A DNA stretch of 64,000 nucleotides from the NCBI RefSeq assembly GCF_006345805.1, contig NC_043022.1, positions 24,862,001-24,926,000 of the forward strand, written 5' to 3'. This DNA is from Octopus sinensis (Eukaryota). Positions 12,261 to 27,010 of the stretch are shown here, in pieces. The position numbers were made by a program, and so were the translations under genes. Every line of letters begins with the position of its first letter. Positions within the stretch are counted from its first letter, which is position 1. The notes below the pieces were generated by a model. That model saw nothing but the letters and a program-made list of their open reading frames with translations, searched no databases and was not told the DNA's origin.

Positions 12261-13151
12261 TGTGCAGATACACACACACACACACGCACACATATGTATG
12301 TGTATATGTATGTATGTATGTATATGTGTGTGTGTTTGTGAGTGTGTGTGTTTCTCCTCCCAACACTGCTTGAAAACCGATGCTGGTGTGTTTCCGTCCC
12401 CATAACTTAGCGGTTCGGCAAAAGAGACCGGTAGAATAAGTACTAGGCTTACAAAGAATCAGTCCTGAGGTCGATACATACATTCGTATATTATACATAG
12501 ATAATGAATATCTATCTATCTACTCCTCTCTCTCTCACTTTTATCTCTTTTTATCCATCCATCCATCCATTTATCGCTCTATCTATATAACTACTCCTCT
12601 CTCTCTCACTCTCTATCTCTTTTTGTCTATCTATCTATCTATCTATCTATATGGTATATTGGGGCTGGCGTAGATGTCTGGTTAAAAAGGTAATTTAAGC
12701 ACCCACTTGATTCCATGTTCGAACCCAAAAACTTATCGTTGGATGTTTAGCCGGAAACTGTACTGAATCCCCTGTATCATGCATGTGTAGCTATTTGCGT
12801 GTGTGTAGGTGTTTGTGTGGATGCCTTTTACGTTCAGACAACTTTACATACGTTAATACCTGCATACATACATACAGACATACACACACATATACATACA
12901 TGCATACATACACACACAATCATATATACAAGCTTTGATGTATACATACATGCATACAGGCACGTATGTATTTATCCATCCATGAAAACATACACATATA
13001 CATACATACATACATAGATACATACATACATACACACACACATACACACAGGTACTTGAATGTATGTGGTGCATGTGTGTACGCATATTATATATGCGTA
13101 TGTGTGCATAATTTTATGCACATAAATACAAGCGTATACAGATATGTAGAC

Positions 13152-13563
13152 AGGTGTAGGAGTGGCTGTGTGGTAAGTAGCTTGCTTATGAACCACATGG
13201 TTCCGGGTTCATTCCCACTGTGTGGCACCTTGGGCAAGTGTCTTCTACTATAGCCTCGGGTTGACCAAAGCCTTGTGAGTGAATTTGGTAGCCGGAAACT
13301 GAAAGAAGCCCGTCATATATATGTATATGTATATATGTATGTGTGTGTATATGTTTGTGTGTCTGTGTTTGTCCCCCCTCCAACATCGCTTGACAACCGA
13401 TGCTGGTGTGTTTTCGACCCCGTAACTTAGCGGTTCGGCACAAGAGACCGATAGAATAAGTACTAGGCTCACAAAGAATAAGTCCTGGGGGTCGATTTGC
13501 TTGACTGAAGGCGGTGCTCCAATATGGCCACAGTCAAATGACTGAAACAAGTAAAAGAGTAAA
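13152..13563 (+). mobile_element. SINE family B, full length
   Basis: Head, (TA/TG)n and tail as at 2231-2686. Confidence 0.85.
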
Positions 13564-13681
13564 CACATACACATGTGCATATACACGTATGTAGGCAGTT
13601 AAACGTGGAGGAAGCGTGATGGACAAAGAGAAAGAAATAGAGAGAGAGAGAGGGAGAGAGAGAGAGGGAAAGAGAGAGAGG

Positions 13682-13746
<65 letters not shown>

Positions 13747-13853
13747 AGGAGATAGATGGGGAAAGATAAATAAACTGATAGATCGATAGATAGATAAATT
13801 GATAGGTAGTGATGTTAGGGAGTTCGGTGTATAGGCCACTGTTGGTGAGATCA

Positions 13854-13888
<35 letters not shown>

Positions 13889-14289
13889 TTACTACTACTA
13901 CTACTACAACGGCTGCTGCTGCTGCACCTGTTGCTGCAATTGTTGTGACAGCAGCTGTTGTTGCTGCTGCTGCTGCTGTGAATTTGGACAAGACCTGGCG
14001 CTAGCGGCTGTTGCCAGGCAACCACCAAAGCTAATTACTGTAATATTTTAATGACATTTCAACTGGTCTCTTAATGTCTGGTAACACTGAAGTGGTTAGT
14101 GCAGTATGGGCGGTGGTATCTGAAGTGGTGGCATGAAATAGGTGCTAGAATCTTATATATACATGCATTTATATATATATATATATATTATATATATATA
14201 TATATAATTGTTGTACAGTATAGGTGTGTGTGTTGGTGGGATATGTATGGTAGCGTATGTATGGCATTATACATGATAGTATATGTATG

Positions 14290-14700
14290 GTAATGGTGTG
14301 TGTAGTAGTATATGTTATGTAGTGTATGGTAGTGTATGTATGGTAGAGTGCATGTGGTAGTATAAGTATAGTTGTGGTGTGAGTGGTAGTATATCTTCAG
14401 TAGTGTGCGTGTATGGTAGCATATGTATGGCAACGTATGTATGGTATTATGTATGTTAGTGAATGTATGGTAGAGTCTATGTGGTAGTATAGGTATGGCT
14501 GTGGTGTGAGTGGTAGTATATCTTCAGTAGTATATGTATGGTAGCTTATGTAGGGTATTATTTTTGTTAGTATATGTATGGTAGAGTGTATGTGGTTGTA
14601 GAGGTATGGTTGTGGTGTGGGTGGTAGTATATCTTAGGTAGTGCATGTATGGTAATATATGTATTGCAGCGTATGTATGGAAGTGGTGCATGCTGTTGTG
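14290..14700. repeat. Degenerate GTATGGTAG-based minisatellite with a ~110-130 bp longer period
   Basis: GTGGTAGTATATCTT recurs at about 14383, 14510 and 14621. Confidence 0.6.
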
Positions 14701-15148
14701 AAGTGTTGTAGTGCACAGCAGAACGTAGCATAGTAGATAATGTTGTTTAGCCCCAGGCCAACAGTGATCCAACAGACCTATGATCAAGCACATTCCAGTC
14801 GTGACCATCTCATGTTATAATAGATTGGTCTATATCAAAAGTAAGCTTCACTTATTTAAGACAATAAGATGGAAATTTCTGAGGTAATTAGCTGCTATTT
14901 TTTCACAGTTGAGCGATTACGTAGTGGCTTCTTTGCTGGTACAGTTATTATTGTTTAACCCTCGGTCAGTCCGGACTGAGCACTGTCATGATAAACTGCA
15001 TACTATCCATGACCACCCCGTCAGTTATGCAATTTTATCACTACAACTGTAAAAAGGAGTTAGATGTCAAACAAGGTGATGTTTTAATTGTACCTCTCTC
15101 TCTCTCTCACTGTGTGTGTATATATGTATATATGTATGTATGTGTGTG

Positions 15149-15188
<40 letters not shown>

Positions 15189-15189
15189 T

Positions 15190-15320
15190 GGCAGGTGGAG
15201 TACAAACAAACAAATGTATTAGTATAGCGCTCAGGAATAGAAATAGAAAAAGTCTTTTACGTTTCGAGCCTATGCTCTTCGACAGAAAGATACACAGAAA
15301 GAAACAAGGAGAGAAACAAG
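15190..15320 (-). mobile_element. Penelope-like terminal-repeat fragment with a mutated hammerhead core
   Basis: Similar to 28460-28625; the minus strand reads CTGTCGAAGAGC-ATAG-GCTCGAAACGT. Confidence 0.5.
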
Positions 15321-15931
15321 ATATGAATATATGTGTGTGTGTAATCTTTTACTTTACTCAGTCATTGGACCGTGGCCATGCTGGGATACTGCCTTGAAGC
15401 GTTAATGAAAGAGATAAGCTCCAATATTGTTTTTTTTTTTTTACAGTCTTGTACTTATTCTATCGGGCTCTTTTACCGAAATGCTAAGTTATGGGCATGC
15501 AAACAAACCAACAACGGTTGTCAGTCGGTGGTGGGTGGCAAACACAAATATGCGCGCGCACACACACACCACACACACACGCACATACCAGGGTTCTGCT
15601 AAATACACTCCCTTTGGTCGGGTTGGGGCTCTAATATATACTTATGTATATATATATATATCTACATATCTATCTATCTATCTATATATATATATATACA
15701 CACACATATACATACATACATACATACACACTCACAAACACATATATGTATATGTACGTGTGTGTGTGTCAATCTATCTATCTATCTATCTATCTATATG
15801 TATGTATGTATGTATGTGTGTATATACATATATATATATATATATATACAGGTTGCGTCAGATTTTTTGGCAGACATCTCTTTCAAGAGCTCTAACTTTC
15901 TTGACTCAGCAAATGAAAATGTTTTTTGATT

Positions 15932-16975
15932 TTATAAAGCATGTCCATGAGTATTTGTTAAATGGAATTCAAAAAGGTACCCAAGGTTGTTGTTGGAAAT
16001 ATGGTGGATAATCTTGTGGGTGTCAATCAAGTCAGTTGCCAGATGTCTGGGCTTCAATGTATCCATGCCCAGGAATGCAAGACGTTCAGAGTATGGTAGA
16101 TGTCTGACGGTGGGTATTCGCTTTGTTGCACATTTCTGAACAGTTTCCAGGAGAATTATATGCTGAGAAAGAGAGGGGTCCCAGACTGGTGCAAATTCCA
16201 AGTGTGGACATACCATTGTCGTATACAATTTTAAATAGATAGCTGGAGAGTGGCTGACAAAGGTCTTACTGAGTGATGCTAGCACCCCCTCAGCCTTTTT
16301 GACAATCTTAGATAAGTGGTTTGTCCAATGCAGAATGCTGTTTATAATAATATCCAGATCTTGTCCACTAGAAGACTTCTTGAGATTGGTGTTGCTGAGG
16401 GAGTATGTAAAGGCTGGATTTCTCCTCCCAAAATGCATGGTGACACAATTGTCTGCAGCTAGCTTGAGTTGCCAGTCAGAGGTCCACTGTTGCATTGTAT
16501 CCAGGTCTGATTGCAGGATAGGATCTGCTTCTTTTTATTTCAAGGTACAGCTCGGTGTCATCTGCATATTTCAGCACTGAAACATTCCTCAAATTGGCAT
16601 CTATATCATTAATATATGCAACCAACAGTAAGTGTCCAAGAACAGATCCCTGTGGTACACCAGAAGTAATCATGTAGGGTGTAGAACGATGTCCTAGAAC
16701 TGAAACTACATCTTTCCGGCCAAGAATGAAGGACTTCAGCCAGTTATAGAGATCATCCTTCACACTCACTGCAGGGATTTTTACCATGAGTCGTTTGTGT
16801 GGTGCATAGTTGAAGGCTTTAGCAAAATCAGGGTAGACAGTATCCACCCATGAGCCAGCCATCAATAACTCAGGTTATGTCCTCAAGAAACTCAACTACA
16901 GCAGCTGGAGTTGGGGATAAAACCAAATTGTGAGGGCTAAATAAGGCTGTGAGAGCACCAAAAGTTCTAGACAAG
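15932..16975 (-). mobile_element. CR1-group LINE reverse transcriptase fragment with frameshifts and stops
   Basis: DTVYPDFAKAF..APHKRL, SGVPQGSVLG, YINDI, KYADDT, then W..DWQL, PHLEFA.VW.P and YSERL..LG+.TL: the canonical CR1/L2 RT series. Confidence 0.92.
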
Positions 16976-17302
16976 CGGACAGATGGACAGACACACAGAC
17001 AGATAGATAAAGAAACAAATGGATAAATAGATTGTATAAGCCTTAGAGCTACATGTTCATAGGAAAATGGTTAGGCCACTGAGTGTTGATGTGTTTAATT
17101 AAGGACACAGGCACATATATGTATAGACACACACACACACATGTATACGCACATCTCCCTCTTTATATATATTAAATGCATACACACACACATATACATA
17201 TATATACTAAATACCTACACATCTACATACATATACATTTAAAGACATATCTACATGTGTGTGTGCATATATGTATATATATGTATATATATATATATAT
17301 AT

Positions 17303-17335
<33 letters not shown>

Positions 17336-17619
17336 ACATATATATACATACATATATATATATATACATATATATACATACTATATATATATATATACAT
17401 ATATATATACACACACACACACATATATATATACATATATATACACATGTATGTATATAATGTATATATATATGTGCATGTACAAATACATATACACAGA
17501 CACTCTAATGCAGGCAGCCATTTTGTAACTCTATATATTTTGTGCACACATCTCCCAGCAGCGAGCTGCTGTTATGCGAAATGCACCATAGGATGTTATA
17601 TCTCTTGTCAATATATTGA

Positions 17620-18495
17620 CATAGCTGCACACCTGTCGTTATTGTTGCTGTTGTTGTAGGTGCAGCTGCAGATACAATTGCAGTTTTTGATGCCGCTGTT
17701 GTTGTTTTTGTCATTTCTGCTTTAACTGTTGTCCTTCGGCTTTTTCTTTGTTGCTGCAGATATTGCTGCTGTTTCTAGTGTTGCTGTTGTTGTTGTTGCT
17801 GCTGCTCCTACTTCTGCTGCTGTTGCCTTTGTTCTTCTTCTTGTTGTTGCTACTTGTGCAGTCTTTGCTGCTGTTGTTTTTTTCTACTACTCCTGTAGTA
17901 GTAGTTGACGTAGTAGTGGTAGCTGTAGTAATAGTAATAGTGGTTGTATTCTTCTTCTTCTTCTTATTATTATTATTACAGGAGTGGCTGTGTGGTTAGT
18001 AGCTTGATTACCAACCACATAGTTCCGGGTTCAGTCCCACTGCATGGCACCTTGGAAAGGTGAAAGAAGGAAACTGAAAGAAGCCTGTTGTATATATGTA
18101 TATATGTGTGCGTGTGTGTGTGTGTGTGTGTGTATGTGTTTGTCCCTCCAACATCGCTTGACAACCGATGCTGGTGTGTTTACGTCCCTGTAACTTAGCG
18201 GTTCGGCAAAAAGACACCGATAGAATAAGTACTGGGCTTCCAAAGAATAAGTCCTGGGGTCGATTTGCTCAACTAAAGGTGGTGCTCCAGCATGGCCGAT
18301 TTTGCCTTTCATCCTTTCGGGGGGTCGAGGAATTAAGTACCTGTGAAACACTGGGGGTCAATGTAATCGACTAGTCCCCTTCCACCAAATTTCAGACCTT
18401 GTGCCTTTAAAAGAAAAGATTATTATTATTATTATAAGTAGTAGTAGTAGTAGTAGAGTAGTAGTAGTAGTAGTAGTAGAAGTAGTAGTAGTGGC

Positions 18496-18527
<32 letters not shown>

Positions 18528-18537
18528 CAGTAGCAGT

Positions 18538-18571
<34 letters not shown>

Positions 18572-19110
18572 CAGTAGTAGTAGTAGTAGTAGTAGCTGTT
18601 ATTCTTATCGAAACTATTATTCTTGTTGTAGTTGTGTTTATAGTCTCTCTCTCTCTCCCTCACTCTCTCTCCCTCTCCCCCCTCTCTCTTGTAACAGTAG
18701 TAGTTGTTATTGTTGTTCTCACTGCTGTTACTTTTTGTTCTTTTTGTTGTTGTTATTGTTACTGCTGCCCTCCTTGTTCTTGTTCCTGTTTTTGTTGTTG
18801 TTGTTGTTGTCATTTCTATTGCTCCTCTTGTTGCTATCGCTGCTGCTGTTGCTGCTACTGTTGTCCCTGCTGCCGCTGCCCTTCTTAATCGTGTTGTCCT
18901 TTACTGCAACTCTTAATAATGCAGTTATCATTATAGCGCTTAGTTTTGTTGTTGACCTTTTACTGCAACCCCTGCTGCTACACCGGCCCCTACTGCTGCT
19001 GCTGGTGGTAATATTCCTTGTTGATTTGCATATAGTTGCTATCACTGCTGCAGATGCCGCTGTTGCAACTGTCGCCATTGTTGTTACTATTTTTATCTGC
19101 AGTGCAAAAA
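17620..19110. repeat. Mosaic of trinucleotide repeats (TGT/GCT/TAG/CTT/TAT) with an embedded SINE
   Basis: Direct inspection; SINE B/C chimera at 17980-18420. Confidence 0.8.
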
Positions 19111-20581
19111 TCCTCCCGTTTGCCAGAGATTAGCTGCATCTGCATTTCCCAAACAACAAATTGCATTTCTGTTGCAGCCTTGGAGGCTGCTGCACTTTTA
19201 CAGACTACTTGCAATGCTGAGTTTCTGTGTGCACTTTTGTGCATGTGTGTATACAATTGTATTCGTGCGCTTGTATGCAGAAATATTGGTGCATTTCTGT
19301 GTTTACGTGCACATCAGTGTGCAGAACATAAGAACTGGTTGCTATCTTTGTTGTTGTTGTCCTTGGGTCAATACTAATCGACCAGACCAAATAATCAAGG
19401 GCATTCCAACCGTGACCATCCTGTATTTTTTTCCTATGTACAGAGAACCAAGAGCCACATTATCCAAAATGCCGTTTTACTAAGATGCTGAGATGTGTGA
19501 TCTAAAGGAGATACAGCTGTTGTTTCTGGCATGTCGACCAATCGTGCAACGGCTTCATGTGTAGCCGTTGAAAATAGCGTGGTTTCAAGAAGATATGGCT
19601 GTTGCTTTTAGCATGTTGACCAACTCTACAGAGGATCTCTCTGCAACACTAATATAGGGGGGCAAGAATTGTAGGAGTCATGATTATCTTTAGAATGTCA
19701 ACCAACCGAACAGAGACTCCCTCTGCAACACACATACAGACCACGCACAATCATATACACATACATTCTTCTTTTTCTTCTTCGTTTGTTCCTTCTCGAG
19801 CTACGCCTAGCTCATAGGGCCGGTTTCCCGGTTTCCTTGGCGTATAAATTCTCCACCTGACCGGGACGCCAGTCCGTCGAAGGTGAGCTGCAAGATGCAG
19901 GAGGAAAGAGTGAGAGAAAGTTGTGGTGAAAGAGTCAGCAGAAGTTCCTCCATTACATTCTGCTGGAGCCGTGTGGAGCTTAGGTGTTTCGCTCATAAAC
20001 ACACACATCGCCTGGTCTGAGATTCGAACCTGTGATCTCTCAACCGTGAGTCCGCTGCTCTAACCACTAGGCCATGTGCCCCCACATCCACATACATAGA
20101 TATGTGGATATCTATGTGCGCTTATGCAGAAAAACAAACGAAAAGAAATGTTTTACTTATGTGTGTGAATGTATGTGTTTGGCACAATGTATGTACTTAT
20201 GTGTGTGTGAGTAGATATCTATCTCTATATATGGAATTGAAGTACAAAAATATCAAAAATACATCGACGGTAATTGAAAGCTGAAGTAATAACACATCTT
20301 TAAACCCCGAAACGTTATTACAATGCAGTAAATCCAGGTGGAACAAATTTACATATATATATACTGAATCGACTCGAACGATCGCTGAGAGCAACATATT
20401 TACAATAAGAAGCAGAAAAATATAAATTTAATATATTGTTCAGAAATTAAATGTATTCAACAGCTGTTTCAACGGAACAAAATGGTATTTATTCTATTGT
20501 AATAGATAATATTTATATAATTACTCCGTGGTCTTACTCCATTCCAGACTGTCCTAGTTACCACACTATACCCCAAATAGA

Positions 20582-20819
20582 CTCTTTTACTCTTTTACTT
20601 GTTTCAGTCATTTGACTGTGGCCATGCTGGAGCACCACCTTTAGTCGAGCAAATCGACCCCAGGACTTATTCTTTGTGAACCTAGTACTTGTTCGATCAG
20701 TCTCTATTTCCGAACTACTAAGTTACGGTGACGTAAACACACCAGGATCGGTTGTCAAGAAATGTTGGTGGGGACAAACACAGACACACGCACACACACG
20801 CACACACACGCACACACAC

Positions 20820-20859
<40 letters not shown>

Positions 20860-21016
20860 GACTGGCTTCTTTCAGTTTTCGGCTACCAAATCCACTCACC
20901 GGGCTTTGGTCGGCCCGAGGCTGTAGTAGAAGACACTTGCCCAAGGTGCCACAGAGAGAGACTGAACCCAGAACCATGTGGTTGATAAGCAAGCTACTTA
21001 CTACACAGCCACTCCT
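20582..21016 (-). mobile_element. SINE family B, full length
   Basis: Head, (CA)n and tail as at 2231-2686. Confidence 0.85.
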
Positions 21017-21179
21017 ACCAAGACACACTCATAGTGTTATATATATATGTGTGTGTGTGTGTGAGCATAACTATCTATCTATCTATTTGTCAATCTATCC
21101 ATCTATCTATCTATCTATCCATCCATCCATCCATCCATCCATCCATCCATCCATCCATCCATCCATCCATCCATCCATC

Positions 21180-21226
<47 letters not shown>

Positions 21227-21863
21227 CCTATCAGTCTATCTACTACGGGCTTCTTTCAGTTTCCGTCTTCTAAATCCTCTCACATAGATTTGGTCGGCCC
21301 GCAGCTACAGTAGCATGCGCTTGCCCAAATTGCCAAGCAGTGGACCTGAACCCAGGACCTTGTGGTTAAGAAGCAAACTTCTTACCACGCAGCCACGCTT
21401 TTTCTTTCTCTTTGTCAGCCACCACCATCGTTTGAACTGGTGAACAGCATGCATTTGCAGTTGAAACGTTTATCGATAATGGTAAATCTAGAGGGAATGC
21501 TTTGTCTTTTTTTATTTTTGGTTGTTTCTGTACCCTGTGTTTTCTTTCCTGTTGCTTATATACAACCTTTTAAGTGAATTGGTTTCTTTTTGTTTTTTCT
21601 TTTTTCGTTTTCATTGTTTTGTTAAACAGGATTTTCAAACGTTCCTTGAAGCGAGATCAATGCTAGTTTATATTTCAAACACATTCATTAGCTCTCCACA
21701 TGATGTTTTCATCTTCGTTTGTAAAGTTCTCTTTTCTCTGTCGAAGACGTTGATTCACTGTTACAAATCAGTTCTCGTATGTTGTTAGTACGGATTTAAG
21801 GCCATGGACTGCTTTACTTGTACAGGAAATGAATTCTGTCTACATGGCCATTCATGTCAATAT

Positions 21864-21903
<40 letters not shown>

Positions 21904-21904
21904 G

Positions 21905-22060
21905 CTACCAACTGAACAGTTTCTGAGTTCCTACATCCACCTTGATAAGTTCTTTTACTGACCAAATGTAAAGGTCAAATACTGGTGTCAAGACTGGAAG
22001 TGCAAAGGTGTTGTGAACGATGAGCTTGTTGTTAGGTTGAGATTTTATATCTTTTGAAGG
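21905..22060 (-). mobile_element. R4/Dong-type RT C-terminal fragment
   Basis: NNKLIVHNTFALPVLTPVFDLYIWSVKELIKVDVGTQKL matches NK..A+NTFA+PVL.YSFG++.W...EL...D.KTRK. Confidence 0.7.
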
Positions 22061-22723
22061 ACGTATATACGTACATGCGTATATATGTATGATGAATGTA
22101 TGTATGTTATGTATATATGTATGTGTGTATGTATGTATGCATGTATGTGTGTATGTATGCATGTATGTATGTATGTATGCATGTATGTATATATGAATGT
22201 ATTATGTTATGTATGTATGTATGTATGTGTATGTATGAAAATATGTATGTATGTATGTATGCATGAAAGTATGTATGTATGTGTATGCGAATGTATGTAA
22301 GTTATGCATGTATATCTATATATCTTTGTCTCTATATATATGTCTGTATTGTGCTGTATGTCTGTTAGTATGTATGCATATTTGTATGTATGAATGTATA
22401 TATCTGCATGTATACCTGTATGTAAGAATGCTTGTATGTTTGTATGCAGACATGATATGCGTGTGTGTGTATGTATGTATGTATGTATTTATGCAAGTTT
22501 CTTAGGTATGCATGTGTATTATGTCTGTGTATATGCATGTTATGTATGTATACATCTATATTATGTATATATGTTATGCATATGCACGTATGCAAACATG
22601 CGTGCATATATGTATATGTATGCATGTGTATGTATTCGCGTATTTTATGTGTAATATGTAGGCATATTTATTCATTATGTATATATGCATATATGTGTGT
22701 GTATATATATATATGCATGTATG

Positions 22724-22960
22724 TGAGGTGTGTGGCTTAGTGGTTAGGGTGTCAGCATCATGATCATAAGATTGTGGTTTTGATTCCTGGACCGGGCGAC
22801 GCGTTGTGTTCTTGAGCAAAACACTTCATTTCACGTTGCTCCAGTCCACTCAGCTGGCAAAAATTAGTAACGCTGCGATGAACTGGCGTCCCGTCCAGCT
22901 GGGGAACACATACGCCATTGAAACCGGGAAACCGGGCCCATGAGTCTGGCTAGGCTTTAA
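22724..22960 (+). mobile_element. SINE family A, full length
   Basis: GTGGCTTAGTGGTTAGGG A box and GGTTTTGATTCC B box; body as at 505-748. Confidence 0.8.
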
Positions 22961-23024
22961 AAAGGGGCACATTTATTTTTATTTATTTATATGCATGTAT
23001 GTATATATATGTATATATATATAT

Positions 23025-23225
23025 ATATATAGTTAATCCAAACAAGAAAACACAAAAAAACACAGCAACGCGAGGACGTGGAACAAATAAAGTATTATTG
23101 ACGCTCAGGAAAGAAGGGAAGAAAGAGGGTTTAACGTTTCGAGCGGAGCTCTTCGTCGGAAACAAAGGAGAAGGAAAGAATCCGAGAAGGGAAGACAGAG
23201 GAAAAAAAAAAAATGTTAGGTGTAT
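23025..23225 (-). mobile_element. Penelope-like terminal-repeat fragment abutting (TA)n
   Basis: Inverse copy of 775-985; the hammerhead core reads CCGACGA (U4 to C). Confidence 0.6.
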
Positions 23226-24201
23226 ATACTTATATGGATGCATGTATGTATACATATATTATGCATGTATGCATGTTCGTTATAAATGTATGCTTGTATC
23301 TTTGCCATATTTATATGTATGTATGCATGTTTATGTGTGTGTGTCTGCGGGTATGTGTATGTGTGTGTGCGTGAGCTGTTATGCCTGTATATATGTTTGT
23401 ATGAATATATGTATACATGTATGCAAGTATGTGTATGTAGAGGGATTTGGGGAATCGCCTGACGTCTGTGAGGAGGCAATGACCGAGCTTACGTATGTAT
23501 CTAACATTAATTAATTAATGTATTAATTTATTCATTTATTCGTATATTAATTTATTAATATATTCGTTCATAAATATGACGAGTGACTGGTTTGATAGAA
23601 TGCGAATAAGAATGGGAAATAAATATTTTGACCGATTGAATAATTGTCTCTATCATCACTATAATAATATTAAAGAAGAAGAAAAAGAAGAAGAAAAGAA
23701 GAAGAAGAAGAAGAAGAAGAAGAAGAATGTTGTTGATGATGATGATAGTGATAACAGCAACAACAACAACAATAATAATAATGACTGTAGTTATGATAAT
23801 TTCATCTATTGATCACAAGGTCCCTAGACATTGAAAATAACATTATAGGACGAAATACAACAAAAACAGCAAATAATAATAACAATAATAATTACTATTA
23901 TCATTATTAAAGAAATTATAATTATTAATTATATTATTATTTGTGAGGTATATTTGCCATCTCAATATGGCTAACCACTAAGGGTCGGTGTTACTGTAGC
24001 TTGTAGCCCCAGGAGAACATCTCCTCCAGCTGGCTATAGGCACACTTTCTGTGCCCTTAAGGTATTTGCAAAGGGAGGTCATCCTTCCCTCGTAAACCTA
24101 AATGATACGCACGGACTGCAGTTTCTAGGTATTGACCTGTCATCAGCATATGACAATCACACTGGTTTTCGATGAAAGGGGTCCCAAAGCAAATATTTAT
24201 G

Positions 24202-24544
24202 TCATTTTTCCAGTAACTTTTCGTCACTGATCTCGAAAAACAGCATCTCCTTCCATGCTGTTTCGGTTTTTGTGTTCTTTTCCTCTTTAAGCCTTTTCTT
24301 TCTTAACACATCAGTTTTAATGACGCCGGCCTTCTTCACATGCTTCAACAATAGTTCCGCGGTACTTTTTACATCCCGTCCTAAACCACTTTCCTCCTCT
24401 TTGATATAGTCCTGGCAAAGGACCAAACCTTTCCCGCCCTTTCTTCTGGACAAGTGCAACCTGTCAGTGTCACTCTTAGGGTGGAAGGCTCTGGGCACAG
24501 TCAACACTTTTCTTGTCTTCGTATCCATGTTCATCAGTTCTTTT
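24202..24544 (-). mobile_element. R4/Dong-type LINE fragment
   Basis: DTKTRKVLTVPRAFHPKSDTDRLHLSRRKGGKGL matches DRKTRK+LT...A.HPKAD+DRLY+PR..GGRGL. Confidence 0.85.
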
Positions 24545-25652
24545 CGTTAGCACGCTGGATGAAATACTTAGTGGTATTTCTCCCGTCGCTACGTTCTGAG
24601 TTCAAATTCTACCATGGTCGATTTTGTCTTTTATCCTTTCGGAGTCAATAAATTAAGTACCAGTGAAACACTGGGGTCGATGTAATCGACTTAATACCTA
24701 TGTCTGTCCTTGTTTGTCCCCTCTATGTTTAGCCCCTTGTGGGTAATAAAGAACTAGGTATTTCTCCCGTCGCTACGTTCTGAGTTCAAATTCTGCCGTG
24801 GTCGATTGTCTTTTATCCTTTCGGGGTCAATAAATTAAGTACCAGTGAAACACTGGGGTTGATGTAATCGACTTAATACCTATGTCTGTCCTTGTTTGTC
24901 CCCTCTATGTTTAGCCCCTTGTGGGTAATAAAGAAATAGGTATTTCTCCCGTCGCTACGTTCTGAGTTCAAATTCTACCATGGTCGATTTTGTCTTTTAT
25001 CCTTTCGGAGTCAATAAATTAAGTACCAGTGATACACTGGGGTCGATGTAATCGACTTAATACCTATGTCTGTCCTTGTTTGTCCCCTCTATGTTTAGCC
25101 CCTTGTGGGTAATAAAGAACTAGGTATTTCTCCCGTCGCTACGTTCTGAGTTCAAATTCTGCCGTGGTCGATTTGTCTTTTATCCTTTCGGGGTCAATAA
25201 ATTAAGTACCAGTGAAACACTGGGGTCGATGTAATCGACTTAATACCTATGTCTGTCCTTGTTTGTCCCCTCTATGTTTAGCCCCTTGTGGGTAATAAAG
25301 AACAAGGTATTTCTCCCGTCGCTACGTTCTGAGTTCAAATTCTGCCGTGGTCGATTGTCTTTTATCCTTTCGGGGTCAATAAATTAAGTACCAGTGAAAC
25401 ACTGGGGTCGATGTAATCGACTTAATACCTATGTCTGTCCTTGTTTGTCCCCTCTATGTTTAGCCCCTTGTGGGTAATAAAGAAATAGGTATTTCTCCCA
25501 TCACTACGTTCTGAGTTAAAATTCTGCCGTGGTTCATTTTGTCTTTAATCCTTTCGGGGTCAATAAATTAAGTACCAGTGAAACACTGGGGTCGATGCAA
25601 TCGACTCATCCCCTCTCCCAAAATGGTTGCTCTTGTGGAAATATTTGAAACC
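24545..25652 (+). mobile_element. Six-unit tandem array (~182 bp) of SINE family C body plus tail
   Basis: GTATTTCTCCC(G/A)TC recurs at about 24574, 24758, 24940, 25124, 25307 and 25489; only the first unit has the head. Confidence 0.9.
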
Positions 25653-26479
25653 ATTATTGTTATTATTATCACAATTTTCTTGGCTCTAAGAAACACACTG
25701 ATACATTATTCCACTTGGCTGAAAATGCTCTTATAGTTTAGAAATGATATCCCGATCTACCCACTTCCGCCGTTTATTTCGTTTCACTTTGTAGCTTCCA
25801 TCATAAAACCTTCTCCCACGTAGCTTTCTTTTGTCCATTTCTTTTTGTCTTATCTGCTGTTTCCTGATGAAAGACCCCCTTCCGAAACGTTTTTCCTTTC
25901 AACGTAAAATGAATTAACTTGTATCCCACATTTGTTGGATTTTGTTCTTGAAACATTGGATAATGTGGCCCTAGGTTCCCTGCACAAAGAAAAGAGTGGA
26001 TAGTCATGGCTGGGTTGACCTGAAGCCAAGCAGCAATGATAAGACATACACACACACCCCATAAACACGTATGCACAAGCTCATATGTATACTACATCAC
26101 ACAAACGCACACATATACCACAACATATTCACACGCACACACACATGCACCGTGCCCACACATACGTGTTCGTGCACACACACACGCACACACAAACATA
26201 CACACATACACACACACATCCAGTCTGTGTATTAATGGCAAGAATCAATGAATTGTTGGAAGGTGACCTTTAGCGCTTAAAGGTCAGATCAGGTGGCGTT
26301 AGAAATGGCACATGCCCTGCTACTTAGCTTGTTTCCTGTACTCACACCTCTACTCACCCTCTGAACCACACTGCGAGTCGGCCTACATAACCCCACCTTC
26401 CATTCTCCCGCCCTGTTCCTACTCACCCTAATCACCCCAGCTGCCCTCGATCAACCCTCGTCGCTGACTTTATGATCTA

Positions 26480-27010
26480 ATGGTAAAACAACAACAAGAA
26501 CAGCAACAACAACAGCAGCAACAATAATAATAGCAACAATCACAACTACAATAACAACAACAACAAAAAATAACAATATCATCATCAGCAACAACAAAAA
26601 AGGAACATCAACACCATCACCACCACCACCACCACCACCACCACCACCACCACCCAACCACCACCCAACCACCACCACCATCACCACCACCACCACCACA
26701 CCACCACCACCACCACCACCCCACCACCATCCACCACCACCACCACCACCACCACCACCACCATCCACCACCACCACCACCACCACTACCACCACCACCA
26801 CCACCACTACCACCACCATCACCACCACCAACAGCAACAACAACTACATAATCATCAAAAATAACAACACGAGTAATTACAACAACAACGGCAATGATAT
26901 GAATGTCATCCCCAACAACAACAACAACAACGACACCGCCATGGACATGAATAAATAACAACACAGCGGCAATAATAACATTGATAATAATAATAATAAT
27001 AATAATGACA
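26480..27010. repeat. (AAC)n/(CAC)n/(AAT)n tracts
   Basis: Direct inspection. Confidence 0.9.

Noticed and set aside
21640-21800. Possible mariner N-terminal relic on the minus strand
   Set aside because: Only a vague ENFT.EDE similarity and no TIR.
25864-25891. CTGATGA...GAAACGTT hammerhead-like string
   Set aside because: Stem II does not close next to the core; at best a decayed relic.
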